Assembly (NCBI GenBank): GCA_964057225.1 | Contig: OZ059894.1 | Location: 24,366,001 to 24,430,000, forward strand | Length of the DNA: 64,000 nucleotides | Origin: Auanema rhodensis | Taxonomy: Eukaryota; Animalia; Nematoda | Reading direction: 5' to 3' | Part shown: positions 13,710-28,600 of the stretch, piece after piece | How positions within the stretch are numbered: position 1 is the stretch's first letter | Layout: every line of letters starts with the position of its first letter | Position numbers and translations under genes: made by a program | Notes under the pieces: generated by a model | Databases searched by the model: none | What the model saw: only the letters and a program-made list of their open reading frames with translations | Told to the model about the DNA's origin: nothing

Positions 13710-16630
13710 CTTGGTATGTAACTCGCTTCACGTGAAAGATAAAGAGATGCGGTTTTCAAAATTAGATTCCCCATGTCCATATTAGTCTAAAAACAAATTT
13801 TTATTGATATTGGTGCATGGTAACCATGACTTTGAAATTTACGTGAACTTTAATTTATGCTAATTAAATGTACACGTGATGTGCACTTGGTATGTAACTC
13901 GCTTCACGTGAAAGATAAAGAGATGCGGTTTTCAAAATTAAATTTCCCATGTCCATATTAGTCTAAAAACAAATTTTTATTGATATTGGTGCATGGTAAC
14001 CATGACTTTGAAATTTACGTGAACTTTAATTTATGCTAATTAAATGTACACGTGATGTGCACTTGGTATGTAACTCGCTTCACGTGAAAGATAAAGAGAT
14101 GCGGTTTTCAAAATTAGATTCCCCATGTCCATATTAGTCTAAAAACAAATTTTTATTGATATTGGTTCATGGTAACCATGACTTTGAAATTTACGTGAAC
14201 TTTAATTTATGCTAATTAAATGTACACGTGATGTGCACTTGGTATGTAACTCGCTTCACGTGAAAGATAAAGAGATGCGGTTTCCAAAATTAGATTCCCC
14301 ATGTCCATATTAGTCTAAAAAAAAATTTTTATTGATATTGGTTCATGGTAACCATGACTTTGAAATTTACGTGAACTTTAATTTATGCTAATTAAATGTA
14401 CACGTGATGTGCACTTGGTATGTAACTCGCTTCACGTGAAAGATAAAGAGATGCCGTTTTCAAAATTAGATTCCTCATGTCCATATTAGTCTAAAAACAA
14501 ATTTTTATTGATATTGGTGCATGGTAACCATGACTTTGAAATTTACGTGAACTTTAATTTATGCTAATTAAATGTACACGTGATGTGCACTTGGTATGTA
14601 ACTCGCTTCACGTGAAAGATAAAGAGATGCCGTTTTCAAAATTAGATTCCTCATGTCCATATTAGTCTAAAAACAAATTTTTATTGATATTGGTGCATGG
14701 TAACCATGACTTTGAAATTTACGTGAACTTTAATTTATGCTAATTAAATGTACACGTGATGTGCACTTGGTATGTAACTCGCTTCACGTGAAAGATAAAG
14801 AGATGCGGTTTTTAAAATTAGATTCCCCATGTCCATATTAGTCTAAAAACAAATTTTTATTGATATTGGTTCATGGTAACCATGACTTTGAAATTTACGT
14901 GAACTTTAATTTATGCTAATTAAATGTACACGTGATGTGCACTTGGTATGTAACTCGCTTCACGTGAAAGATAAAGAGATGCCGTTTTCAAAATTAGATT
15001 CCTCATGTCCATATTAGTCTAAAAACAAATTTTTATTGATATTGGTGCATGGTAACCATGACTTTGAAATTTACGTGAACTTTAATTTATGCTAATTAAA
15101 TGTACACGTGATGTGCACTTGGTATGTAACTCGCTTCACGTGAAAGATAAAGAGATGCGGTTTTCAAAATTAGATTCCCCATGTCCATATTAGTCTAAAA
15201 ACAAATTTTTATTGATATTGGTGCATGGTAACCATGACTTTGAAATTTACGTGAACTTTAATTTATGCTAATTAAATGTACACGTGATGTGCACTTGGTA
15301 TGTAACTCGCTTCACGTGAAAGATAAAGAGATGCGGTTTTCAAAATTAAATTTCCCATGTCCATATTAGTCTAAAAACAAATTTTTATTGATATTGGTGC
15401 ATGGTAACCATGACTTTGAAATTTACGTGAACTTTAATTTATGCTAATTAAATGTACACGTGATGTGCACTTGGTATGTAACTCGCTTCACGTGAAAGAT
15501 AAAGAGATGCGGTTTTCAAAATTAGATTCCCCATGTCCATATTAGTCTAAAAACAAATTTTTATTGATATTGGTTCATGGTAACCATGACTTTGAAATTT
15601 ACGTGAACTTTAATTTATGCTAATTAAATGTACACGTGATGTGCACTTGGTATGTAACTCGCTTCACGTGAAAGATAAAGAGATGCGGTTTCCAAAATTA
15701 GATTCCCCATGTCCATATTAGTCTAAAAAAAAATTTTTATTGATATTGGTTCATGGTAACCATGACTTTGAAATTTACGTGAACTTTAATTTATGCTAAT
15801 TAAATGTACACGTGATGTGCACTTGGTATGTAACTCGCTTCACGTGAAAGATAAAGAGATGCCGTTTTCAAAATTAGATTCCTCATGTCCATATTAGTCT
15901 AAAAACAAATTTTTATTGATATTGGTGCATGGTAACCATGACTTTGAAATTTACGTGAACTTTAATTTATGCTAATTAAATGTACACGTGATGTGCACTT
16001 GGTATGTAACTCGCTTCACGTGAAAGATAAAGAGATGCCGTTTTCAAAATTAGATTCCTCATGTCCATATTAGTCTAAAAACAAATTTTTATTGATATTG
16101 GTGCATGGTAACCATGACTTTGAAATTTACGTGAACTTTAATTTATGCTAATTAAATGTACACGTGATGTGCACTTGGTATGTAACTCGCTTCACGTGAA
16201 AGATAAAGAGATGCGGTTTTTAAAATTAGATTCCCCATGTCCATATTAGTCTAAAAACAAATTTTTATTGATATTGGTTCATGGTAACCATGACTTTGAA
16301 ATTTACGTGAACTTTAATTTATGCTAATTAAATGTACACGTGATGTGCACTTGGTATGTAACTCGCTTCACGTGAAAGATAAAGAGATGCCGTTTTCAAA
16401 ATTAGATTCCTCATGTCCATATTAGTCTAAAAACAAATTTTTATTGATATTGGTGCATGGTAACCATGACTTTGAAATTTACGTGAACTTTAATTTATGC
16501 TAATTAAATGTACACGTGATGTGCACTTGGTATGTAACTCGCTTCACGTGAAAGATAAAGAGATGCGGTTTTCAAAATTAGATTCCCCATGTCCATATTA
16601 GTCTAAAAACAAATTTTTATTGATATTGGT
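13710..16630 (+). repeat. 8-monomer duplication nested in the second 43-mer copy
   Basis: Same variant series as 6143-9063, shifted by 7567. Confidence 0.88.
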
Positions 16631-19600
16631 TCATGGTAACCATGACTTTGAAATTTACGTGAACTTTAATTTATGCTAATTAAATGTACACGTGATGTGC
16701 ACTTGGTATGTAACTCGCTTCACGTGAAAGATAAAGAGATGCGGTTTTCAAAATTAGATTCCCCATGTCCATATTAGTCTAAAAACAAATTTTTATTGAT
16801 ATTGGTGCATGGTAACCATGACTTTGAAATTTACGTGAACTTCAATTTATGCTAATTAAATGTACACGTGATGTGCACTTGGTATGTAACTCGCTTCACG
16901 TGAAAGATAAAGAGATGCGGTTTTCAAAATTAGATTCCCCATGTCCATATTAGTCTAAAAACAAATTTTTATTGATATTGGTGCATGGTAACCATGACTT
17001 TGAAATTTACGTGAACTTTAATTTATGCTAATTAAATGTACACGTGATGTGCACTTGGTATGTAACTCGCTTCACGTGAAAGATAAAGAGATGCGGTTTT
17101 CAAAATTAAATTTCCCATGTCCATATTAGTCTAAAAACAAATTTTTATTGATATTGGTGCATGGTAACCATGACTTTGAAATTTACGTGAACTTTAATTT
17201 ATGCTAATTAAATGTACACGTGATGTGCACTTGGTATGTAACTCGCTTCACGTGAAAGATAAAGAGATGCCGTTTTCAAAATTAGATTCCTCATGTCCAT
17301 ATTAGTCTAAAAACAAATTTTTATTGATATTGGTGCATGGTAACCATGACTTTGAAATTTACGTGAACTTTAATTTATGCTAATTAAATGTACACGTGAT
17401 GTGCACTTGGTATGTAACTCGCTTCACGTGAAAGATAAAGAGATGCGGTTTTCAAAATTAGATTCCCCATGTCCATATTAGTCTAAAAACAAATTTTTAT
17501 TGATATTGGTTCATGGTAACCATGACTTTGAAATTTACGTGAACTTTAATTTATGCTAATTAAATGTACACGTGATGTGCACTTGGTATGTAACTCGCTT
17601 CACGTGAAAGATAAAGAGATGCGGTTTTCAAAATTAGATTCCCCATGTCCATATTAGTCTAAAAACGAATTTTTATTGATATTGGTGCATGGTAACCATG
17701 ACTTTGAAATTTACGTGAACTTTAGTTTATGCTAATTAAATGTACACGTGATGTGCACTTGGTATGTAACTCGCTTCACGTGAAAGATAAAGAGATGCGG
17801 TTTTCAAAATTAGATTCCCTATGTCCATATTAGTCTAAAAACAAATTTTTATTGATATTGGTGCATGGTAACCATGACTTTGAAATTTACGTGAACTTTA
17901 ATTTATGCTAATTAAATGTACACGTGATGTGCACTTGGTATGTAACTCGCTTCACGTGAAAGATAAAGAGATGCGGTTTTCAAAATTAGATTCCCCATGT
18001 CCATATTAGTCTAAAAACAAATTTTTATTGATATTGGTTCATGGTAACCATGACTTTGAAATTTACGTGAACTTCAATTTATGCTAATTAAATGTACACG
18101 TGATGTGCACTTGGTATGTAACTCGCTTCACGTGAAAGATGAAGAGATGCGGTTTTCAAAATTAGATTCCCTATGTCCATATTAGTCTAAAAACAAATTT
18201 TTATTGATATTGGTGCATGGTAACCATGACTTTGAAATTTACGTGAACTTTAATTTATGCTAATTAAATGTACACGTGATGTGCACTTGGTATGTAACTC
18301 GCTTCACGTGAAAGATAAAGAGATGCGGTTTTCAAAATTAGATTCCCCATGTCCATATTAGTCTAAAAACAAATTTTTATTGATATTGGTTCATGGTAAC
18401 CATGACTTTGAAATTTACGTGAACTTTAATTTATGCTAATTAAATGTACACGTGATGTGCACTTGGTATGTAACTCGCTTCACGTGAAAGATAAAGAGAT
18501 GCGGTTTCCAAAATTAGATTCCCCATGTCCATATTAGTCTAAAAACAAATTTTTATTGATATTGGTGCATGGTAACCATTACTTTGAAATTTACGTGAAT
18601 TTTAATTTATGCTAATTAAATGTACACGTGATGTGCACTTGGTATGTAACTAGCTTCACGTGAAAGATAAAGAGATGCGGTTTTCAAAATTAGATTCCCC
18701 ATGTCCATATTAGTCTAAAAACAAATTTTTATTGATATTGGTGCATGGTAACCATGACTTTGAAATTTACGTGAACTTCAATTTATGCTAATTAAATGTA
18801 CACGTGATGTGCACTTGGTATGTAACTCGCTTCACGTGAAAGATAAAGAGATGCGGTTTTCAAAATTAGATTCCCCATGTCCATATTAGTCTAAAAACAA
18901 ATTTTTATTGATATTGGTGCATGGTAACCATGACTTTGAAATTTACGTGAACTTTAATTTATGCTAATTAAATGTACACGTGATGTGCACTTGGTATGTA
19001 ACTCGCTTCACGTGAAAGATAAAGAGATGCGGTTTTCAAAATTAAATTTCCCATGTCCATATTAGTCTAAAAACAAATTTTTATTGATATTGGTGCATGG
19101 TAACCATGACTTTGAAATTTACGTGAACTTTAATTTATGCTAATTAAATGTACACGTGATGTGCACTTGGTATGTAACTCGCTTCACGTGAAAGATAAAG
19201 AGATGCGGTTTTCAAAATTAAATTTCCCATGTCCATATTAGTCTAAAAACAAATTTTTATTGATATTGGTGCATGGTAACCATGACTTTGAAATTTACGT
19301 GAACTTTAATTTATGCTAATTAAATGTACACGTGATGTGCACTTGGTATGTAACTCGCTTCACGTGAAAGATAAAGAGATGCGGTTTTCAAAATTAGATT
19401 CCCCATGTCCATATTAGTCTAAAAACAAATTTTTATTGATATTGGTTCATGGTAACCATGACTTTGAAATTTACGTGAACTTTAATTTATGCTAATTAAA
19501 TGTACACGTGATGTGCACTTGGTATGTAACTCGCTTCACGTGAAAGATAAAGAGATGCGGTTTTCAAAATTAGATTCCCCATGTCCATATTAGTCTAAAA

Positions 19601-22600
19601 ACAAATTTTTATTGATATTGGTTCATGGTAACCATGACTTTGAAATTTACGTGAACTTTAATTTATGCTAATTAAATGTACACGTGATGTGCACTTGGTA
19701 TGTAACTCGCTTCACGTGAAAGATAAAGAGATGCGGTTTTCAAAATTAGATTCCCCATGTCCATATTAGTCTAAAAACAAATTTTTATTGATATTGGTTC
19801 ATGGTAACCATGACTTTGAAATTTACGTGAACTTTAATTTATGCTAATTAAATGTACACGTGATGTGCACTTGGTATGTAACTCGCTTCACGTGAAAGAT
19901 AAAGAGATGCGGTTTTCAAAATTAGATTCCCCATGTCCATATTAGTCTAAAAACAAATTTTTATTGATATTGGTGCATGGTAACCATGACTTTGAAATTT
20001 ACGTGAACTTTAATTTATGCTAATTAAATGTACACGTGATGTGCACTTGGTATGTAACTCGCTTCACGTGAAAGATAAAGAGATGCGGTTTTCAAAATTA
20101 GATTCCCCATGTCCATATTAGTCTAAAAACAAATTTTTACTGATATTGGTTCATGGTAACCATGACTTTGAAATTTACGTGAACTTCAATTTATGCTAAT
20201 TAAATGTACACGTGATGTGCACTTGGTATGTAACTCGCTTCACGTGAAAGATGAAGAGATGCGGTTTTCAAAATTAGATTCCCCATGTCCATATTAGTCT
20301 AAAAACAAATTTTTATTGATATTGGTTCATGGTAACCATGACTTTGAAATTTACGTGAACTTTAATTTATGCTAATTAAATGTACACGTGATGTGCACTT
20401 GGTATGTAACTCGCTTCACGTGAAAGATAAAGAGATGCGGTTTTCAAAATTAGATTCCCCATGTCCATATTAGTCTAAAAACAAATTTTTATTGATATTG
20501 GTGCATGGTAACCATGACTTTGAAATTTACGTGAACTTTAATTTATGCTAATTAAATGTACACGTGATGTGCACTTGGTATGTAACTCGCTTCACGTGAA
20601 AGATAAAGAGATGCGGTTTTCAAAATTAGATTCCCCATGTCCATATTAGTCTAAAAACAAATTTTTATTGATATTGGTTCATGGTAACCATGACTTTGAA
20701 ATTTACGTGAACTTCAATTTATGCTAATTAAATGTACACGTGATGTGCACTTGGTATGTAACTCGCTTCACGTGAAAGATGAAGAGATGCGGTTTTCAAA
20801 ATTAGATTCCCTATGTCCATATTAGTCTAAAAACAAATTTTTATTGATATTGGTTCATGGTAACCATGACTTTGAAATTTACGTGAACTTTAATTTATGC
20901 TAATTAAATGTACACGTGATGTGCACTTGGTATGTAACTCGCTTCACGTGAAAGATAAAGAGATGCGGTTTTCAAAATTAGATTCCCCATGTCCATATTA
21001 GTCTAAAAACAAATTTCTATTGATATTGGTGCATGGTAACCATGACTTTGAAATTTACGTGAACTTTAATTTATGCTAATTAAATGTACACGTGATGTGC
21101 ACTTGGTATGTAACTCGCTTCACGTGAAAGATAAAAAGATGCGGTTTTCAAAATTAAATTTCCCATGTCCATATTAGTCTAAAAAAAAATTTTTATTGAT
21201 ATTGGTGCATGGTAACCATGACTTTGAAATTTACGTGAACTTTAATTTATGCTAATTAAATGTACACGTGATGTGCACTTGGTATGTAATTCGCTTCACG
21301 TGAAAGATAAAGAGATGCGGTTTTCAAAATTAGATTCCCCATGTCCATATTAGTCTAAAAACAAATTTTTATTGATATTGGTTCATGGTAACCATGACTT
21401 TGAAATTTACGTGAACTTTAATTTATGCTAATTAAATGTACACGTGATGTGCACTTGGTTTGTAACTCGCTTCACGTGAAAGATAAAGAGATGCGGTTTT
21501 CAAAATTAGATTCCCCATGTCCATATTAGTCTAAAAACAAATTTTTATTGATATTGGTGCATGGTAACCATGACTTTGAAATTTACGTGAACTTTAATTT
21601 ATGCTAATTAAATGTACACGTGATGTGCACTTGGTATGTAACTCGCTTCACGTGAAAGATAAAGAGATGCGGTTTTCAAAATTAAATTTCCCATGTCCAT
21701 ATTAGTCTAAAAACAAATTTTTATTGATATTGGTGCATGGTAACCATGACTTTGAAATTTACGTGAACTTTAATTTATGCTAATTAAATGTACACGTGAT
21801 GTGCACTTGGTATGTAACTCGCTTCACGTGAAAGATAAAGAGATGCGGTTTTCAAAATTAGATTCCCCATGTCCATATTAGTCTAAAAACAAATTTTTAT
21901 TGATATTGGTTCATGGTAACCATGACTTTGAAATTTACGTGAACTTTAATTTATGCTAATTAAATGTACACGTGATGTGCACTTGGTATGTAACTCGCTT
22001 CACGTGAAAGATAAAGAGATGCGGTTTCCAAAATTAGATTCCCCATGTCCATATTAGTCTAAAAAAAATTTTTTATTGATATTGGTTCATGGTAACCATG
22101 ACTTTGAAATTTACGTGAACTTTAATTTATGCTAATTAAATGTACACGTGATGTGCACTTGGTATGTAACTCGCTTCACGTGAAAGATAAAGAGATGCCG
22201 TTTTCAAAATTAGATTCCTCATGTCCATATTAGTCTAAAAACAAATTTTTATTGATATTGGTGCATGGTAACCATGACTTTGAAATTTACGTGAACTTTA
22301 ATTTATGCTAATTAAATGTACACGTGATGTGCACTTGGTATGTAACTCGCTTCACGTGAAAGATAAAGAGATGCCGTTTTCAAAATTAGATTCCTCATGT
22401 CCATATTAGTCTAAAAACAAATTTTTATTGATATTGGTGCATGGTAACCATGACTTTGAAATTTACGTGAACTTTAATTTATGCTAATTAAATGTACACG
22501 TGATGTGCACTTGGTATGTAACTCGCTTCACGTGAAAGATAAAGAGATGCCGTTTTCAAAATTAGATTCCTCATGTCCATATTAGTCTAAAAACAAATTT

Positions 22601-25600
22601 TTATTGATATTGGTGCATGGTAACCATGACTTTGAAATTTACGTGAACTTTAATTTATGCTAATTAAATGTACACGTGATGTGCACTTGGTATGTAACTC
22701 GCTTCACGTGAAAGATAAAGAGATGCGGTTTCCAAAATTAGATTCCCCATGTCCATATTAGTCTAAAAACAAATTTTTATTGATATTGGTGCATGGTAAC
22801 CATGACTTTGAAATTTACGTGAATTTTAATTTATGCTAATTAAATGTACACGTGATGTGCACTTGGTATGTAACTAGCTTCACGTGAAAGATAAAGAGAT
22901 GCGGTTTTCAAAATTAGATTCCCCATGTCCATATTAGTCTAAAAACGAATTTTTATTGATATTGGTGCATGGTAACCATGACTTTGAAATTTACGTGAAC
23001 TTTAGTTTATGCTAATTAAATGTACACGTGATGTGCACTTGGTATGTAACTCGCTTCACGTGAAAGATAAAGAGATGCGGTTTTCAAAATTAGATTCCCC
23101 ATGTCCATATTAGTCTAAAAACAAATTTTTATTGATATTGGTTCATGGTAACCATGACTTTGAAATTTACGTGAACTTCAATTTATGCTAATTAAATGTA
23201 CACGTGATGTGCACTTGGTATGTAACTCGCTTCACGTGAAAGATGAAGAGATGCGGTTTTCAAAATTAGATTCCCTATGTCCATATTAGTCTAAAAACAA
23301 ATTTTTATTGATATTGGTTCATGGTAACCATGACTTTGAAATTTACGTGAACTTTAATTTATGCTAATTAAATGTACACGTGATGTGCACTTGGTATGTA
23401 ACTCGCTTCACGTGAAAGATAAAGAGATGCGGTTTTCAAAATTAGATTCCCCATGTCCATATTAGTCTAAAAACAAATTTTTATTGATATTGGTGCATGG
23501 TAACCATGACTTTGAAATTTACGTGAACTTTAATTTATGCTAATTAAATGTACACGTGATGTGCACTTGGTATGTAACTCGCTTCACGTGAAAGATAAAA
23601 AGATGCGGTTTTCAAAATTAAATTTCCCATGTCCATATTAGTCTAAAAACAAATTTTTATTGATATTGGTGCATGGTAACCATGACTTTGAAATTTACGT
23701 GAACTTTAATTTATGCTAATTAAATGTACACGTGATGTGCACTTGGTATGTAACTCGCTTCACGTGAAAGATAAAGAGATGCGGTTTTCAAAATTAGATT
23801 CCCCATGTCCATATTAGTCTAAAAACAAATTTTTATTGATATTGGTTCATGGTAACCATGACTTTGAAATTTACGTGAACTTTAATTTATGCTAATTAAA
23901 TGTACACGTGATGTGCACTTGGTATGTAACTCGCTTCACGTGAAAGATAAAGAGATGCGGTTTCCAAAATTAGATTCCCCATGTCCATATTAGTCTAAAA
24001 ACAAATTTTTATTGATATTGGTGCATGGTAACCATGACTTTGAAATTTACGTGAATTTTAATTTATGCTAATTAAATGTACACGTGATGTGCACTTGGTA
24101 TGTAACTAGCTTCACGTGAAAGATAAAGAGATGCGGTTTCCAAAATTAGATTCCCCATGTCCATATTAGTCTAAAAACAAATTTTTATTGATATTGGTGC
24201 ATGGTAACCATGACTTTGAAATTTACGTGAATTTTAATTTATGCTAATTAAATGTACACGTGATGTGCACTTGGTATGTAACTCGCTTCACGTGAAAGAT
24301 GAAGAGATGCGGTTTCCAAAATTAGATTCCCCATGTCCATATTAGTCTAAAAACAAATTTTTATTGATATTGGTGCATGGTAACCATGACTTTGAAATTT
24401 ACGTGAATTTTAATTTATGCTAATTAAATGTACACGTGATGTGCACTTGGTATGTAACTAGCTTCACGTGAAAGATAAAGAGATGCGGTTTTCAAAATTA
24501 GATTCCCCATGTCCATATTAGTCTAAAAACAAATTTTTATTGATATTGGTGCATGGTAACCATGACTTTGAAATTTACGTGAACTTCAATTTATGCTAAT
24601 TAAATGTACACGTGATGTGCACTTGGTATGTAACTCGCTTCACGTGAAAGATAAAGAGATGCGGTTTTCAAAATTAGATTCCCCATGTCCATATTAGTCT
24701 AAAAACAAATTTTTATTGATATTGGTGCATGGTAACCATGACTTTGAAATTTACGTGAACTTTAATTTATGCTAATTAAATGTACACGTGATGTGCACTT
24801 GGTATGTAACTCGCTTCACGTGAAAGATAAAGAGATGCGGTTTTCAAAATTAAATTTCCCATGTCCATATTAGTCTAAAAACAAATTTTTATTGATATTG
24901 GTGCATGGTAACCATGACTTTGAAATTTACGTGAACTTTAATTTATGCTAATTAAATGTACACGTGATGTGCACTTGGTATGTAACTCGCTTCACGTGAA
25001 AGATAAAGAGATGCGGTTTTCAAAATTAAATTTCCCATGTCCATATTAGTCTAAAAACAAATTTTTATTGATATTGGTGCATGGTAACCATGACTTTGAA
25101 ATTTACGTGAACTTTAATTTATGCTAATTAAATGTACACGTGATGTGCACTTGGTATGTAACTCGCTTCACGTGAAAGATAAAGAGATGCGGTTTTCAAA
25201 ATTAGATTCCCCATGTCCATATTAGTCTAAAAACAAATTTTTATTGATATTGGTTCATGGTAACCATGACTTTGAAATTTACGTGAACTTTAATTTATGC
25301 TAATTAAATGTACACGTGATGTGCACTTGGTATGTAACTCGCTTCACGTGAAAGATAAAGAGATGCGGTTTTCAAAATTAGATTCCCCATGTCCATATTA
25401 GTCTAAAAACAAATTTTTATTGATATTGGTTCATGGTAACCATGACTTTGAAATTTACGTGAACTTTAATTTATGCTAATTAAATGTACACGTGATGTGC
25501 ACTTGGTATGTAACTCGCTTCACGTGAAAGATAAAGAGATGCGGTTTTCAAAATTAGATTCCCCATGTCCATATTAGTCTAAAAACAAATTTTTATTGAT

Positions 25601-28600
25601 ATTGGTTCATGGTAACCATGACTTTGAAATTTACGTGAACTTTAATTTATGCTAATTAAATGTACACGTGATGTGCACTTGGTATGTAAATCGCTTCACG
25701 TGAAAGATAAAGAGATGCGGTTTTCAAAATTAGATTCCCCATGTCCATATTAGTCTAAAAACAAATTTTTATTGATATTGGTGCATGGTAACCATGACTT
25801 TGAAATTTACGTGAACTTTAATTTATGCTAATTAAATGTACACGTGATGTGCACTTGGTATGTAACTCGCTTCACGTGAAAGATAAAGAGATGCGGTTTT
25901 CAAAATTAGATTCCCCATGTCCATATTAGTCTAAAAACAAATTTTTATTGATATTGGTTCATGGTAACCATGACTTTGAAATTTACGTGAACTTCAATTT
26001 ATGCTAATTAAATGTACACGTGATGTGCACTTGGTATGTAACTCGCTTCACGTGAAAGATGAAGAGATGCGGTTTTCAAAATTAGATTCCCTATGTCCAT
26101 ATTAGTCTAAAAACTAATTTTTATTGATATTGGTTCATGGTAACCATGACTTTGAAATTTACGTGAACTTTAATTTATGCTAATTAAATGTACACGTGAT
26201 GTGCACTTGGTATGTAACTCGTTTCACGTGAAAGATAAAGAGATGCGGTTTTCAAAATTAGATTCCCCATGTCCATATTAGTCTAAAAACAAATTTTTAT
26301 TGATATTGGTGCATGGTAACCATGACTTTGAAATTTACGTGAACTTTAATTTATGCTAATTAAATGTACACGTGATGTGCACTTGGTATGTAACTCGCTT
26401 CACGTGAAAGATAAAGAGATGCGGTTTTCAAAATTAGATTCCCCATGTCCATATTAGTCTAAAAACAAATTTTTATTGATATTGGTTCATGGTAACCATG
26501 ACTTTGAAATTTACGTGAACTTCAATTTATGCTAATTAAATGTACACGTGATGTGCACTTGGTATGTAACTCGCTTCACGTGAAAGATGAAGAGATGCGG
26601 TTTTCAAAATTAGATTCCCTATGTCCATATTAGTCTAAAAACAAATTTTTATTGATATTGGTTCATGGTAACCATGACTTTGAAATTTACGTGAACTTTA
26701 ATTTATGCTAATTAAATGTACACGTGATGTGCACTTGGTATGTAACTCGCTTCACGTGAAAGATAAAGAGATGCGGTTTTCAAAATTAGATTCCCCATGT
26801 CCATATTAGTCTAAAAACAAATTTCTATTGATATTGGTGCATGGTAACCATGACTTTGAAATTTACGTGAACTTTAATTTATGCTAATTAAATGTACACG
26901 TGATGTGCACTTGGTATGTAATTCGCTTCACGTGAAAGATAAAGAGATGCGGTTTTCAAAATTAGATTCCCCATGTCCATATTAGTCTAAAAACAAATTT
27001 TTATTGATATTGGTTCATGGTAACCATGACTTTGAAATTTACGTGAACTTTAATTTATGCTAATTAAATGTACACGTGATGTGCACTTGGTATGTAACTC
27101 GCTTCACGTGAAAGATAAAGAGATGCGGTTTTCAAAATTAAATTTCCCATGTCCATATTAGTCTAAAAACAAATTTTTATTGATATTGGTGCATGGTAAC
27201 CATGACTTTGAAATTTACGTGAACTTTAATTTATGCTAATTAAATGTACACGTGATGTGCACTTGGTATGTAACTCGCTTCACGTGAAAGATAAAGAGAT
27301 GCGGTTTTCAAAATTAGATTCCCCATGTCCATATTAGTCTAAAAACAAATTTTTATTGATATTGGTTCATGGTAACCATGACTTTGAAATTTACGTGAAC
27401 TTTAATTTATGCTAATTAAATGTACACGTGATGTGCACTTGGTATGTAACTCGCTTCACGTGAAAGATAAAGAGATGCGGTTTCCAAAATTAGATTCCCC
27501 ATGTCCATATTAGTCTAAAAAAAAATTTTTATTGATATTGGTTCATGGTAACCATGACTTTGAAATTTACGTGAACTTTAATTTATGCTAATTAAATGTA
27601 CACGTGATGTGCACTTGGTATGTAACTCGCTTCACGTGAAAGATAAAGAGATGCCGTTTTCAAAATTAGATTCCTCATGTCCATATTAGTCTAAAAACAA
27701 ATTTTTATTGATATTGGTGCATGGTAACCATGACTTTGAAATTTACGTGAACTTTAATTTATGCTAATTAAATGTACACGTGATGTGCACTTGGTATGTA
27801 ACTCGCTTCACGTGAAAGATAAAGAGATGCCGTTTTCAAAATTAGATTCCTCATGTCCATATTAGTCTAAAAACAAATTTTTATTGATATTGGTGCATGG
27901 TAACCATGACTTTGAAATTTACGTGAACTTTAATTTATGCTAATTAAATGTACACGTGATGTGCACTCGGTATGTAACTCGCTTCACGTGAAAGATAAAG
28001 AGATGCGGTTTTCAAAATTAGATTCCCCATGTCCATATTAGTCTAAAAACAAATTTTTATTGATATTGGTTCATGGTAACCATGACTTTGAAATTTACGT
28101 GAACTTTAATTTATGCTAATTAAATGTACACGTGATGTGCACTTGGTATGTAACTCGCTTCACGTGAAAGATAAAGAGATGCGGTTTTCAAAATTAGATT
28201 CCCCATGTCCATATTAGTCTAAAAACAAATTTTTATTGATATTGGTTCATGGTAACCATGACTTTGAAATTTACGTGAACTTTAATTTATGCTAATTAAA
28301 TGTACACGTGATGTGCACTTGGTATGTAACTCGCTTCACGTGAAAGATAAAGAGATGCGGTTTTCAAAATTAGATTCCCCATGTCCATATTAGTCTAAAA
28401 ACGAATTTTTATTGATATTGGTGCATGGTAACCATGACTTTGAAATTTACGTGAACTTTAGTTTATGCTAATTAAATGTACACGTGATGTGCACTTGGTA
28501 TGTAACTCGCTTCACGTGAAGGATAAAGAGATGCGGTTTTCAAAATTAGATTCCCCATGTCCATATTAGTCTAAAAACAAATTTTTATTGATATTGGTTC

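Larger units (their letters stand above)
2800..18038 (+). repeat. 43-monomer (7567-bp) tandem block duplication, two apparently identical copies
   Basis: Private variants 7567 bp apart: 3100/10667, 3352/10919, the 1-bp T deletion at 5704-5707/13271-13274, 10100/17667, 10253/17820. The first flanking mismatches are 2799 vs 10366 and 10472 vs 18039. Confidence 0.95.
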
